A stretch of DNA of 64,000 bases from Phoronis australis (taxonomy: Eukaryota > Animalia > Phoronida), in assembly GCA_002633005.1 (NCBI GenBank), contig NMRA01000436.1, forward strand, positions 143,000 to 206,999, in the 5' to 3' direction. Shown here in pieces: positions 1 to 12,647 of the stretch (position 1 is its first letter; every line of letters starts with the position of its first letter). The notes beneath the pieces are model-generated. The model was not told where the DNA came from. It saw nothing but the letters and a program-made list of their open reading frames with translations, and did not search any database. The translations under genes and the position numbers were made by a program.

Positions 1-770
1 TTTGCGCAGATAAGCCAGAGGCATATTCATTTGTCGGAAAGCGAAGTTGAAAGGACCAGCCGTGAAAGGACCAGGAAGTGACAAATATACTCCAGTGTAT
101 AGTGGTAAATGGCACGCAAATTAAAACACATGTGTTTCATTGTACCCACGGATAGTTGATTGTTGAAAATTCGATTGGACCGGAAATGGATTTGGCGTCC
201 ATTTCCTATGAAAGTGGAGAAAGTTCTAGGATTTAACCATACATATTTTTTCCAAAATACACGACATGGTTGGACAGTTTTCCTTATATAAGCCCACTGG
301 GCGTACTACTGATAGACATGTTTGCAGAAAACTCTAGTATACAGAACGAAGACCACCAGATACCTAGAGACCAGGGGCCTGGGTTGCATAAAACTTCAAA
401 ATTATCCGTACACCAATAACAACGTGGCGCGTGATAATGCGACGTCATTGTTGCTATACAGGGTAGAACTTTTATGCAACTGGGCCCTGGCGTACTTCGC
501 CATGTTGCCGACACATTGAGAAAATACCGCATTGTAAGTCTGCCACTTGTTAACAGGCCAGGGGAACTCGATTGCGCGTTTCCAAGCCTGTAAGTTGTTA
601 ACACGTTCGGGCGAACGGGTATTGAAGAGAAGTATGATTCCCGAGCAAATGAACAGTCACATCATCAAGATACTATCACGGATTACAAGAAGCTTGATTA
701 CTCAGGTACTTAGGCACAGTAGCAAATAACACAAACAGATTGAGATTCGGGAATGATTAGAATCCCATGG

Positions 771-1739
771 CAGTGGCGGATCTAGGATATCACAAGGGGG
801 GGGGCCCAACATTTTGTCCGGGTGTAAGCATTTGCGCAAACTGAACCACGATTGTAGATGAGCATAGCACCGTATGGGGGGAGGTCGGGAGGGGGGTTTG
901 CCCCCCTCCCGCTCAGGAAATTTTTCTGTTTTTACCTCTAAAAATCAAGCATTTTCCTTGATTCCTGAAGTATTATCCAAGAAAAAAGGAAAAAAAAAAC
1001 AAAACACGAAGAACGTGTCAAACAGGAAAAACTGGACGTACCAAAGACTCGAACCCATGACCTGGCGGATAGCGAGCGCGTGCGTTACCACTACACCACC
1101 ACGACTTAACTACAAATCTGACACTAAAAGACCTACTTGTTTATGGTCCACAGCGTTTGCGCGCGAAACCTACTTCTTTTCGTAATGCTTATTACACGTT
1201 TTATATTTTGTGCCATCAATTGTTAACAAATTTTTCGTATTTAAAATAGTCTTCAAATGCCCAAAAGACCAAATCCGTTTTTCGTGTTGGCAATAATGAC
1301 GGGATTGCTTTGGAAATCGTCTTAAGATAAGGTTTGACAAAGAGAGTATTGCGAGTTTCTGAGTGATTCAATTAGGATTCGATTAAAATTCACATCTTAC
1401 CAGCAGCTTCTGTTTTTTCATCGTCACTCAGGTTCCATTCTCTTTAAAAAATGAAGTAAATTTTCTTCGTTGCACAGTGGAGCAGACGACGAAAACGGAG
1501 TCCGGTAGTGCGCAGCGCCACTGCCGGTCGCCTGGGATATCGCGGGAGAGCCTAAACTTAGCCATAGCTCCCTTACGAATGCGCCGTGTTCCGAATTTGA
1601 CACTTGAAATTGGGTTTGAGCCCCCCCCCCNNNNNNNNNNNNNNNNNNNNNNNNNNNNNNNNNNNNNNNNNNNNNNNNNNNNNNNNNNNNNNNNNNNNNN
1701 NNCCGGGCCCCCTGGCCCCCCCCCCTAAATCCGCCTATG
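771..1739. mobile_element. Non-autonomous DNA transposon with CA(G/TA)TGGCGGAT(C/T)TAGG-type TIRs and 5-bp TSD
   Basis: Left end CAGTGGCGGATCTAGG; right end reverse complement CATAGGCGGATTTAGG; CATGG duplicated at 766-770 and 1740-1744; spans an N gap. Confidence 0.8.
1032..1105 (-). pseudogene. Degenerate tRNA-like / Pol III promoter module (tRNA-derived, possible GCT anticodon)
   Basis: Minus strand GTCGTGGTGGTGTAGTGGTAACGC..GGGTTCGAGTC..: A box (TGGTGTAGTGG), B box (GGTTCGAGTC), D-stem pairs, acceptor and T stems mismatched, T5 run immediately downstream. Confidence 0.55.
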
Positions 1740-1832
1740 CATGGATAAGAACCCTGTGGCTGAGTGTTACTGACCTGTTAACGACGTGGTGAGACATTTT
1801 TTTTTCAGAGGTAACACACCGCACATGACTTA

Positions 1833-2228
1833 AGTGCCGTTTACACTACAAAGTTGACACGGATCAGCTTACACGGAACGAGATATTCCAGCGCAAGTAT
1901 GTTTGTAAACTGGATTGACACAGAGCAAATTGACACCGCGGTGTCAACTTTTGACACCCGTTTTTTGTGAGGCAGAGAATTTTGCGCTCCGTGTCAGTTA
2001 TGTGTCTAAACGCAAAATTGGGGCAAGGCGGAAAGGATCATCTCTACTGCGCTTGTGCAATGACCTACATACGGAATCTCCTTCTCTGTAACTTCCGCCA
2101 TTTGTAAACCTGCGCATGGTTGTTCCACTCTCCAGCCTACAACTTCTTGCCACAGTTAGTGAGTTGACACCGATCAGTTTGCTCCGTGTCAGTTGCGCCG
2201 GACCAAAAGTTGATGTCTAAACGGGACT
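1833..2228. mobile_element. PIF/Harbinger-type MITE
   Basis: TIRs AGTGCCGTTTACAC / AGTCCCGTTTAGAC (rc); TTA TSD at 1830-1832 and 2229-2231; internal repeated TTGACACGG motifs. Confidence 0.8.
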
Positions 2229-4058
2229 TTAGACTACTCGCAGCTTTTTTGGCGCTTTCATTTTGTACAAATCATGAACATCTGTTACCACGAAAAATAC
2301 CCAGCCAACAGAGTTCTTTGGCATTACGTCAGTTTGTACGTTCACTTCCGGTGATTTGGCTGGCTAATTGGATTTTGAATTTAGTGACTGCTTAAGGCCA
2401 CTGCACCAGTGATATAAATACATAAATAACATCAAATAACACCAATTTGGATCATCAATATCTCAGTCTGATCAAGTCAAAATGTTAGAACTGGTGCAAA
2501 TCAAACTACCATAACTCTGACGAAGGTTAGACAAACGACCTGTTGAATACATCTATAAAGCAAGTAATTTCAAGCCTGCTGTTGTAGCCTAGGAAGTTTA
2601 CGGGTCAATCTGCTATTACAGGCCTGCGTGTATAAGGGAGTCCGCATAGTCACTGGCCTTCAGTTGCATTCAACAAATATCTGAGAAATAACGGCGATAA
2701 TTAGCTATCTTCGATAAAATCACAAAAACACGACAGTTGTTTTCTTAGCTCTGTTCAAAAGTCAAGAAGTCTGTCACATCCAACAACAATCCAAATATTC
2801 GTTTTTCGACTGTAAAACCGATAATGATATTAATCTAAAACCTGCATTTCGCTATATTTTGCTGCCTCCAAAACGAAAATCGAATTAGGCTTTTCTTCTC
2901 ATAAAACAAGACCCATTATATTATGCGCTGAGACAGGATTCGATTTAAGTTATCAGCCGAAGCCACAGGCTTTGCCTCCTGACGACCAGGACACTTGTCA
3001 GTAGATGACTCACGGATGAACGGGCATTATTTTGCTCAACATTTCCGACCGCCATCTGTGTACTTCCGGTCGTATTTTGAGAGCGTGCTCGGGTGTTTAC
3101 CTGGCAACCTCGTGACCACTTGTGATTTTTACCAGGTCGCTAAACAACATCTGATATCGAACTGCACGTGCATGAACAAATAGCTCATTAAGATGCTAAA
3201 ATGACGACCCCTTAGTGTCAGTCACAGCGACAGTGTGTCCGGAAGGCGATTTACTCCAATGAAGCTTGAAAACACCTTTGGAATGTTCCACTTCTAACAC
3301 GAGGCATTATCCAAAACTAAAGACTTCAAGGATTGTTTTAATACAAAAAAATGTTTCATCAAACAAGACTATTATTTAAACTCTCAGCAGTGCTTTTGAT
3401 GTTTCATCATGAACATTTATACCAGATGAAATCGATTACCAAAATATTTTTAACATTAATCACAATAATAATAACACAGTAGAAAGACAGAAATCCACAA
3501 TGACACATCACAAACGCAAGCACACATTTCTCCGACTGAAAACTCAATTTCGCAAACCAAAAACACCAAATGTACTTTTCTCACCTGCATTTCCTTTAAA
3601 GAGGAAAAATGCAGACCATCTTTGGAGAAAAATGTCTCCTGATCCATATTTACTATAATTTTATTTTTCGAATATGCAATAAATTCTAATTCTTTTCTGA
3701 AAGTGTTACAGATGGAGGTTCTACTTTCAACTTTCAACAGTATATATGCTTTCTGGCCAAAGCACGATAAGATTTAAAAGTTCATTCGCTTTTCCAGTTT
3801 TACCAAATAAACAGTAACAGTCTGAAAATCTATAGACGTTTTTTTGCGTGAATATAATATTCAGCTATTCTTTCTTAAATGGCTTAACAAGTGTGCAACC
3901 CCAAAATAAATGTTCTAAATTTTCAGGTTCATTCCTACACAAAGTATATCGGTCAGTTGGAGAAATACCAATTTGCATTAATAAGTTATTTATTGCTAAA
4001 TTGTATGTACAATTTTCATTTGAAACTGTCCGAGTCAAACATTTGCAGGCGATGTCAT

Positions 4059-5445
4059 TAAGGTGGTTTAACAAAACCAGGTTTAAGACTTAACATTGGT
4101 CTTCCTAAACCTGGTATGTTAGACCTAGCTTGCATTTCACCAGCATGGTTTAAAAGTCTGAAAGCCTGGTTTTGTTAGACCATAAAGTGGGTTTAGTAAT
4201 ACCAATTAAAGTATCCAAACCACCCTACTGTTCTGATCCCCATTAACCCAACAAAGAAACAATTGAAGTGCTTCAATGAAACCTTGATCAAGTGTGTACC
4301 CAATGGCACACAGCAGTAGAACCAGTGCAGACATTCGCGAAATAGGGCTACAAGCTTTTCTCACGAGGAAAAATGTTCCCTCCCATAACTTATCAGAGAA
4401 AAAGCCAATGTCAAAGTCCAAATCAAGTCAATGTAAGCAGCAGGCTTGGAGAGATATTGCTCCAGAATAAAGGCCAGAAAGAAAATTTCATCAGTGAAAA
4501 ATTTGCCCAGAAAAATCATGGTGAAGGATCCAGTGGCAGATCTAGGATATCATGAGATATTTTGTATTTTGTATTATCTTTGTGCAACACAAGTGCACAC
4601 ATTAAAGTACTTGCTCTGGATTACCGGTAACATACTAAATGCACTCATTTATTTCCGGGTTGTTTTACTTTTTTGCGGCCAAAGGGGGAGCACAAGAGCG
4701 GATCCAGCATTTTGAGTTTGGGGGGCCAGGGCAGAATATTAGCCAGGATTTTGCCCATCAGACATTCGCACCCCCGAACTGTCAAATGGAATCTAAGAGA
4801 ATCTAAGGGGGGCCATGGCCCCCTTGGCCCCCTTCTAAATCCACCAATGAGGCAGAACCCCGGCCCGGCAACCTTAAATTGGGGACCAAATGAGATGGAA
4901 ATAGGTCAGAATAATCATTATATGCCTTTTTAGTCATGCGCGTAGAGCTTGCCACGATGACGATAGAACCGTTATATTATGAGGAATCCGAAGGACACCC
5001 TTCAGTACGAACTGGTCTACAATACAGTACATATAGGCGGATCCAGGGGTTCAAGGGGTCCGGATGCCCTTTTCCCTTGATTTTAGTGACATCAAATCTA
5101 TAATTTTCAAATTGTCGACCCATAACCTCCTTTTAAAAATCCTTGATCCGACCCCCCCCGTTAAAAATTCTTGGTCCCCCTTGTTACCTTTGATCTTGTG
5201 TTGTCCTAAAATTGAATATTGAAAATAGTCCATCCTCGCTCTAAAACTGTGCCGTAAATGCACACCACAGCATCATTCATTTACACCTATATCATACAAG
5301 TCTGCCATATTGAATAGTATTAAACTTAGGTCTGACCAAGTCTAAAGTTAAACTTGGTTTAAGATCTTAATACAGGTCTAAGTAATATAGACCTCGTTGG
5401 TGAAATGAAAACCAGGTTTAACATTTAAGAAATCAGCTGTTTAAG
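4059..5445. mobile_element. Composite insertion interrupting L1 ORF2 (Harbinger-like non-autonomous element with nested GGCGGAT MITEs); boundaries approximate
   Basis: L1 reading (..WKLCF.. near 5460, ..FQMKIVH.. near 4030) is split by ~1.4 kb; inverted CATTTCACCA / TGGTGAAATG at ~4133 and ~5399; repeated AAACCAGGTTTAA at both sides. Confidence 0.5.
4697..4846 (+). mobile_element. ~150-bp GGCGGAT...AAATCCRCC MITE copy
   Basis: Alignable by eye with copies at 35657-35817 and 43197-43353 (GGGGGCCAGGGCAGA.TATTAGCCA...CAAATGGAAT...CATGGCCCCCTTGGCCCC). Confidence 0.75.
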
Positions 5446-8400
5446 CACAAAAACACAAGTTTGAAAACATAACTTCCATTCGGACAATGATCTTGCAAAA
5501 CCAAAAGTATTTTCCCATTTTTCTGATCCTGGTTTTTGAAATGAAGTTGTCAGAAAAATATCATTCATATCACGAGTAGCTTTTGAATTTTTTTGCCAAA
5601 ATTTGCCATAGTTGTGTGATAACTGGTTGAGACACTATTGCACTTGAAAACGATATACTTTTGAAAGTTAATTTCAAGCAATTTTTCAGCCCCGTAATAA
5701 AGTGTAAAAAATGTTTAAAACCAAATTTGTCTGCAAAACTGTTGTATGACGAGAAATTTCAGTTTCAGGCCCAATTATTTTATTCTATCATCTTTTTAAT
5801 CATGTTACTTTAAGAGTTTTTATAATTAATAAAGGAAACTAAATGAACCAAGTTGAGACCACAATTTTTTTATTCTGAACCATTGTCTTACGAGAATTTT
5901 TATCATTTTTGTTACTCCAAATAAATTGAAAAAAATATTTTTCTCCTGTTGTTTGATAAAATCATCCTTTGGTGACTTAAGAAAAGATGTGTAAGCTTTG
6001 GCAACACTAAAGATTTCACCATAAATTTTTCCCACAACCTTGAGGTATCTTCTGCACCAAGAGCGTAAGATATTCTGAATATCAATAATTTTGCATTAAA
6101 GTTCAAACCAACCATGCCGTCCAGATTTACGCTAAATTTAATCCCCAAAGTTGAAAATTCTGTTTTTGACCATTTTAAAGTTTTTGCGAAAACAGGTATC
6201 CAGGGATCATACTTCCTGGTTCCAATCCATATACACTCGGTTGTTTCAATATTAGGTTTAAGACCTGAATACTTTGCAAGTTGGTTCAGAAGATCCAGAG
6301 CCATTTTAAGAAATTTTTAATAACCATATGTTACAATTGTTGTATCATCCGCATACTGTAGAATTGTTACCTCTCTAGTCCCACAATTAATTCCCTTTAC
6401 TTCAGCATTATCTCTAAACATGTAGCCCACGATTTCAGCCCAAAGCACAAACAAGTAAGGCAAGATTGGAACCCCTTGTTTGCTCCCTCGTTCAACTTTA
6501 AAAAAGTCTGAGGCAATGCCACTTTAAATGACGCAAAGCTGCGAGTTTTCAATTAACATTTTTAAGCTTTCACAAAAATGTCTCCAAACCCAAACACCGT
6601 AAGAACTTTAAACACAAAAATCCAGGACAATGAATCAAATGCTTTTTCAAAATCCACAGACTATTGTCACAAGACAGGGAAGTTTAGAGAGCACTTTTCA
6701 ATTTCCACAATATCACTTGATATTCTTAATGCCACATGCCTTCATTCTAGAAGCCTATAGTTCTTCCTAAATGATTTTAATTCACTTATTTTTTTGGTTC
6801 CTCAAATTTTCACCGAGGACTTTATCACCCTAGTTATTGTTGTATTAACAAAGTTACGTTTTTCCAAGCCACAAAAACACTTTGTTGCCTTCTCACCTTC
6901 TTCAATCCAGCCATGAATTAATCCTTTTACATAATTTCCCGAATTTTTTCTAAATGGGCATTGCATTCCTGCATTAGTTTTTCATAAACTGATGCTTTCG
7001 TTTTTTGACACAATATTTGAAAAACTTCTATTTTTTAATTAATTCATCTTGAACTTTTCGTTTTTGTCTTTTTTGCAGCATAAAATGGTATAGTAATTGT
7101 CCTGACGTTGTTCAATCAAGTTAACATCCTTCAATAATACTTCATCAAAATGTTCCTTATTGTATGGCAGAGCAGAATATTCCTCAATAGTATCAAAGAT
7201 CACATTTCTAACTTAAGTTACCTAATGCTCATTCTCCAACAGGCAATTATTAACTCGCCAAAAACCGCGCCCTTTTTATAAATTGCTACAATTAAATGTA
7301 AGACAAATACTTGAATGATCTGTTCTGTAACCTGGACTAAGAGTTATGACATCCACCATGTTCAAAAACTCATTGCTGATTATAAAATAGTCTAATCTAG
7401 ACATTTTGCAAGGATTCTTTTTAAACCATGTGAAACACTGTTTCTCGGGATTTGTTATCTGCCATGGGTCAATCAGATTAAAAGAGCTTTTTAGATTCTC
7501 AATTTCCCTTTTCGAATTAGGGTTGTTTTGTTGTAAGTAATTGAAGCAAGCTAGATTATAATCTTGAACAACATTACAGTCATCACTAAAGACAACAAAA
7601 TCCGACTCCAATTTGTCCATTTTATCTTTAATAGCTTGAAAAATTTCAGGATCATTGGCAATTGACCCATATAAATTCACAAGAAATATTTCATACTTTT
7701 CAATACAGAGTTCCAACTGCAAAACATTCATATTCAAAATTAATGTTAAATAAAATGCACACACCTCTAGAGTTTCATCCTATCCAGTGACTGAAATAAC
7801 ACTCTAACCCCCACTGAGTTCTCACTATGTTTTCAACATCACTTGTAAAATGAGTGTCTTGAAGATAAAAAATTGGATGTTTTAGTTGCTTCATACAGTT
7901 AAAAACATTTTTTGTTTCGAAAGGGAACCCAAATCTCTGCAATTTATTGAGAAATACTAATCATGGTGTTGTGTAAGGACTGATATTACCCGCAAGTACG
8001 ATGCACCGAAACCGAGAGCTAAAAGTAATAACCAAAACTGCTTGAGGCAAGGGAGAGTACTTGGCAAATAGCAATTTGTCAAATGACAAGTACAATCACA
8101 CACACACTCAAACTGGGCATTATGAAACACATGCACAAGCAAAAATACAAAGCAAATCGAAACCAAAACAGCAAGAGATGCACAGCATGGTGCACTTGCT
8201 AAACTCAGCATGGTGTCATGTCAGAGAGTGCAACAGACCAACAAACAACAACCATCATTCACTGGAGGACAGCAGTCCCAGACAGGGGATCACACTCAAA
8301 TCCTACAAATCTGAATAACTTAATTTGAATATGAAGTAATTATCTAATCAGGTATACACTTGACAATCAAATGTGCACTCAGTACTACTTGACAGTACAT

Positions 8401-8460
8401 TTCATGACAAGAAATATTAAATTTTACTCCATCACCGAAACATAAAAAAACAAAAATAAT

Positions 8461-8616
8461 AGACTGTTGGCATTAAAAAAGACTGTTGGCATTAAAAAAG
8501 ACTGTTGGCATTAAAAAAGACTGTTGGCATTAAAAAAGACTGTTGGCATTAAAAAAGACTGTTGGCATTAAAAAAGACTGTTGGCATTAAAAAAGACTGT
8601 TGGCATTAAAAAAGAC
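8461..8616. repeat. 19-bp tandem repeat (GACTGTTGGCATTAAAAAA) x ~8 in the L1 inter-ORF spacer
   Basis: Perfect 19-bp periodicity visible directly. Confidence 0.95.
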
Positions 8617-11136
8617 ACCCCGAGAGTTCTTAGTTAACTGTAACGAGCAATGTTTTTCACTGGGTCAGGAATAGCGTCCAAATTCTTGAGAGTATCAAAT
8701 TTTCCCTCTATAATCAGTTTATCTCTCTTCAATGAGGCTTTCATTTTCAAACCTTTTGCAGCCTTGAGGTCCTGGAACAGAATTTTTCTACTCACAACCA
8801 GGTCCTTGGAGAAATCTTCCCTTACCTAGAAATCAGAGCCTTTCAACTTAAACCGAGCACCCCAAACAGTCTCTCTGCTTGTAGACAGCGAACTGTGCCA
8901 TAATAGGTCTTGGTTTTGTTTTTTCTTGCTTTTGCTCAACCTGTGCACTCACTCAAAGCATAAACCATCCACTTGAAGCCTAACATCTTAATAAAAGCCT
9001 GGACAACATCCTTACATCATTCCACTTCTTTTTCTTGCAGTCCGGAAAACAGCAAATTGCTGCATCATGAGTGGTATTCTAGGTTTATACATTTTTCTCT
9101 CAATTGTCTGTTGATGTTTTGGCACTCTAACAACCCCTGGTCAATAAGTTCTTCATTTTTTTGGACTGCTTCATCAGCTGAGTTGATTGCATAGTCTATT
9201 GACTAAACGACATTCTTCAACTAGCTACTAATAGAGCCCGGCTTGACCCTGAACGTCGCAAACCACGAGGGTTCGGTTATGTAATTTTGCGAACAAATTC
9301 AGAAACCGATGTACAACTCTTGTCAATATCACTTCCACTTACATTTTCTGCTACCTGGCTCATACTTCTAGTCTGCCTGGCCTCCATTTGAGTTCGTAAA
9401 AGACGAATATGGTCAGAGCGCTGCGAGTAACGATCTTACTGTCTCGCCATTTTAACTGGAAGTCAGTTGATTACTAAAAGTACATGTATTCTGACTCATG
9501 ATTTAGTTTCAAATGAATGCACCTTTGTATTTTTTTGCTAAAAATACTGTCATGTGACTGGTCTTTGATAATTGACATACATTGAGAAAATTAAATTCTA
9601 AATTATTTTTTACTTATAAATTATAGCTACATATTTTCATTAAGTTATGTTATAGACAAAGTTGCACAAAAAGTGTTACAAACAAACCAGTTGTTTGTAA
9701 ACTTTTAACATGTCAACATACTACTTACACACCTAGATACTTTTTATCTACTTACATTCCATAAGTTTGAATAAAATAAGATTATGAAAGAAACATTTGT
9801 GCTATACCTTCCAGTGAGACAGCCTGCTCAAAATTTTGACCTATTATCCCAGACAGAGGTCACGAAACTATAGAATAATCCCCAAGGTTTCATTAAGGAA
9901 TTTAATCATAACATATATAGACACTAACTTGAGAAAAAAAAAACGTCTGTCAACTGTCTCCCATAAATTGAGAAAATACTTGCAGCAAAATGTGAAGTCA
10001 TTCAATGTCCTGAGCCAGGGAACTTGGCTAACAGTCACGTGAAAAAATGAAATGCATCCTGAAGTCAAACTTTTGACTGAAAATTACCTAATGAGTCACT
10101 CATTATTTCTATTAAACAGTATGTTACTATAATTTCATTTAAATTTGCATTTTTAAAAGGGAAAGCCCAAAGCTGCCCTGAACACCCTCGTTAGAACAAG
10201 AAATTCGCAGGTATGGCCTATTCAACTATTAACTGAATATCCCATACTCTAGTACCATTCAAAAACTTTTGGCATATCTCATGGTGTCTCACCATTGCAA
10301 ACATTTTTTGAAAGAATACGAAAATGTGGAGCACAGATAACAAAATACAATTACCGATGGAAAAATAAAGCATGCATATTTTGTCCTTCTAGTCATACAG
10401 GACAGCCAATAACAAGTCAGCAATTTTTGAAGCAGTATCCTCAAGAAATTCATTGAGGCTTAAATTGTCGATCCTCAGCCTCATTTGAAACTCCAAAATG
10501 GTGGTTTGTAACACTTTACTTAGAGCAAAGGCTCGTTTGGCAAAGAACCAAAGAGAAAAAATTGCATAAAGACTTCTTCTGGAGTCATAATAAACTCTGT
10601 AATTATGTAACTTTGTGACCATCAAACATTAAAGTTCATGGAAAGGTTCTCCCAATAACCTTGAAATTGCACAAACAAATAAAAATGTCACCCATTCTTG
10701 TTGACATTTTCAAAGTCATGACTTTGCCTGGGAACAAAGAAATCTTCCCCAGAATAATGAGATCCTACCTCCAATGAAGCGTGTTTCAGTGAATTACGAC
10801 CGATTTAGCAAAGAATTCCACCTCACTAATTGATACTCCCACCAAGCCCACTGGCAAAAGAGTCCATTGTGAATTTAGATTGTTGTAGACCTTCTCTGTT
10901 TATTTTAACCAAACTGTCTTCCCAGTAATGAAATGGGTAAACATGATACTATAGTTAAGTGAATAGTGTACCTCAAAATTTTAATACCTACATTCTAAGT
11001 AGGAAATACCATAGTATATACACAAGACAACAGAGCTGATCCTGGTTATCAAATAACAAAAATGTTAAGATCAGCAGCAATGCCTACAACTGAATTTCAA
11101 GATAATTAATGTTGATTTCTAATTTACCATGTGACG

Positions 11137-11297
11137 ACTAAAATATTAGACATTTTACTCTACACTCTATGAGTAGAGCGTGACATGTGAATGAATGTCC
11201 TATCGCCAGTAGTGTACTAAAATATTAGACATTTTACTCTACACTCTATCAGTAGAGCGTGACATGTGAATGAATGTCCTATCACCAGTAGTGTACT
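11137..11297. repeat. 79-bp tandem duplication (2 copies)
   Basis: ACTAAAATATTAGACATTTTACTC...CCAGTAGTGT repeated at 11137 and 11216 with about two mismatches. Confidence 0.9.
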
Positions 11298-12500
11298 TAA
11301 AAGCAAAAGTGGCAGTTCCACAAGACATTTTGATTCATTCCTAGTGTCACAATATAACAGGGGTTGGCAACATTTTAGCTATTAGTGCCTTATTTCACAC
11401 AACTTTGGTGCCAGGGGCCACAGCATGCAAAAGAAAATTAGCCACAATTTCGAGTGACAATTTAAAGATTCTCTAGATTTTCTTTGCATTCAAAAGTTTA
11501 GAACATAAATGAGTCACATTTATCAAATGATGGTTATTAAATTAAGGACATTGTGTAAATCAGCCCTATTCTACATAACATATACATTGCGATTTTCACT
11601 TCCATTTTTTAATATCATAAGAAGTAAAGTTTAATGGTGTTAATCACGGACAGTTACTGTGTTGTTGCACTGACAGAAATAGAAATAATCAACTAAAAAC
11701 ATCATTTGGGCATCCCATTTTAAATAAATTTGTTTGCGTTAAATTCATTTCACCAAATATTTTACTAAACTGAAGCAGATATGGTACACATGTATCTTCA
11801 AGTGTCTTTGTGAACACAGAATGTGCACTTCCGACATGTTTGAAGTCACACAGTGGCACGTGCTTCTAGTTGACCAGCTTGAGAATGCAAGCCAATGCTT
11901 CTCAGGAAAATCAATGGCCGCAATGACAGTAAACACAGTCTACTGGTAGTTGTGTTCCTTATTTTTCCTAAAAATACAATTTAGCTAAGGAAAGGCTTCA
12001 TAGTCTTTGCCAAAAGTTTGAATAAAACTGCTTTCATTAGCTGAACTTGAAACGTTTTAATTAGATTTACTTTGCAGTAATTTGTTACAACAGGCAGTAT
12101 TGTAGGGTCTCAGTGGTTCCTAGGGATTGTGCATCTGCTTCAGGAAATGATTGTACAAGTGAATGCCTTACCAGCATGTTTCATGACTATGCTATCTAGC
12201 AAGATATCCCTGAGTTGGTGAGCTTACATTTACTTGTGGGGGTCAGCTTAGATAGTACAAGAATCAGGTTTATTGATAAAGGCCAGGGGGCCTCCTAAGT
12301 CTAATTTCACAATGTGTGGTTGCCATGAATTGCAAACACTTATTAAATAAGAATACAAAAGGACATTCATTGTAGGCCAAACAACCATTGCACATAAGCA
12401 AAGTTATGAAACAGATGAGAACTGAGAGCCTGTGGGTTAGCAACCCCTGTTGTATGAGAAGCTAAGCTACAATAAATATAAACAGCAAATTGTGCAATAC

Positions 12501-12647
12501 CTTAGTTTGTAGAAGGCTGGCATTGTCTACCAAGTTTTCATTGACCTCCATCAAATGTCCACGTAAGCAACTGTAGATTTTGTATTTGGAGTTATCTGCA
12601 CATGTCACTTCGCACAAAACTGAGTCTTTACCAAGGGCCTGAGCTCC
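12501..12647 (-). CDS. ABITRAM: ABITRAM exon 4 (GAQALGKDSVLC...LMEVNENL...LLQTK)
   Basis: tttcag|GGA acceptor, AAG|gtattg donor, 147 nt; not in ORF track. Confidence 0.9.

Larger units (their letters stand above)
3400..9464 (-). mobile_element. Decayed 5'-complete L1/Tx1-clade LINE retrotransposon (3' boundary approximate)
   Basis: 5' end GACTTCCAGTTAAAATGGCG; ORF1 remnant ~9300-8640 (KLKGSDF*VREDFS..RKIL..DKLIIEG); ORF2 from ATG ~7964 with APE motifs (LQDTH, SRLDYF, TDHS), RT motifs (DFEKAFDS, RG.KQG.P..PYLF, QYADDT at 6358-6341) and C-terminal HLFWGC; many stops and frameshifts. Confidence 0.9.

Noticed and set aside
1032-1105. Functional tRNA-Ser(GCT) gene
   Set aside because: Acceptor, anticodon and T stems are mismatched and there is no long variable arm; kept only as a tRNA-like relic
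8461-8616. Regular short repeats resembling a CRISPR array (also 14792-15024, 45661-45994, 60799-60919)
   Set aside because: Head-to-tail tandem units with no unique spacers, no cas genes, eukaryotic context
9830-10870. Coding-like broken plus-strand sequence, possible old transposase
   Set aside because: No identifiable motif in any frame that I could support
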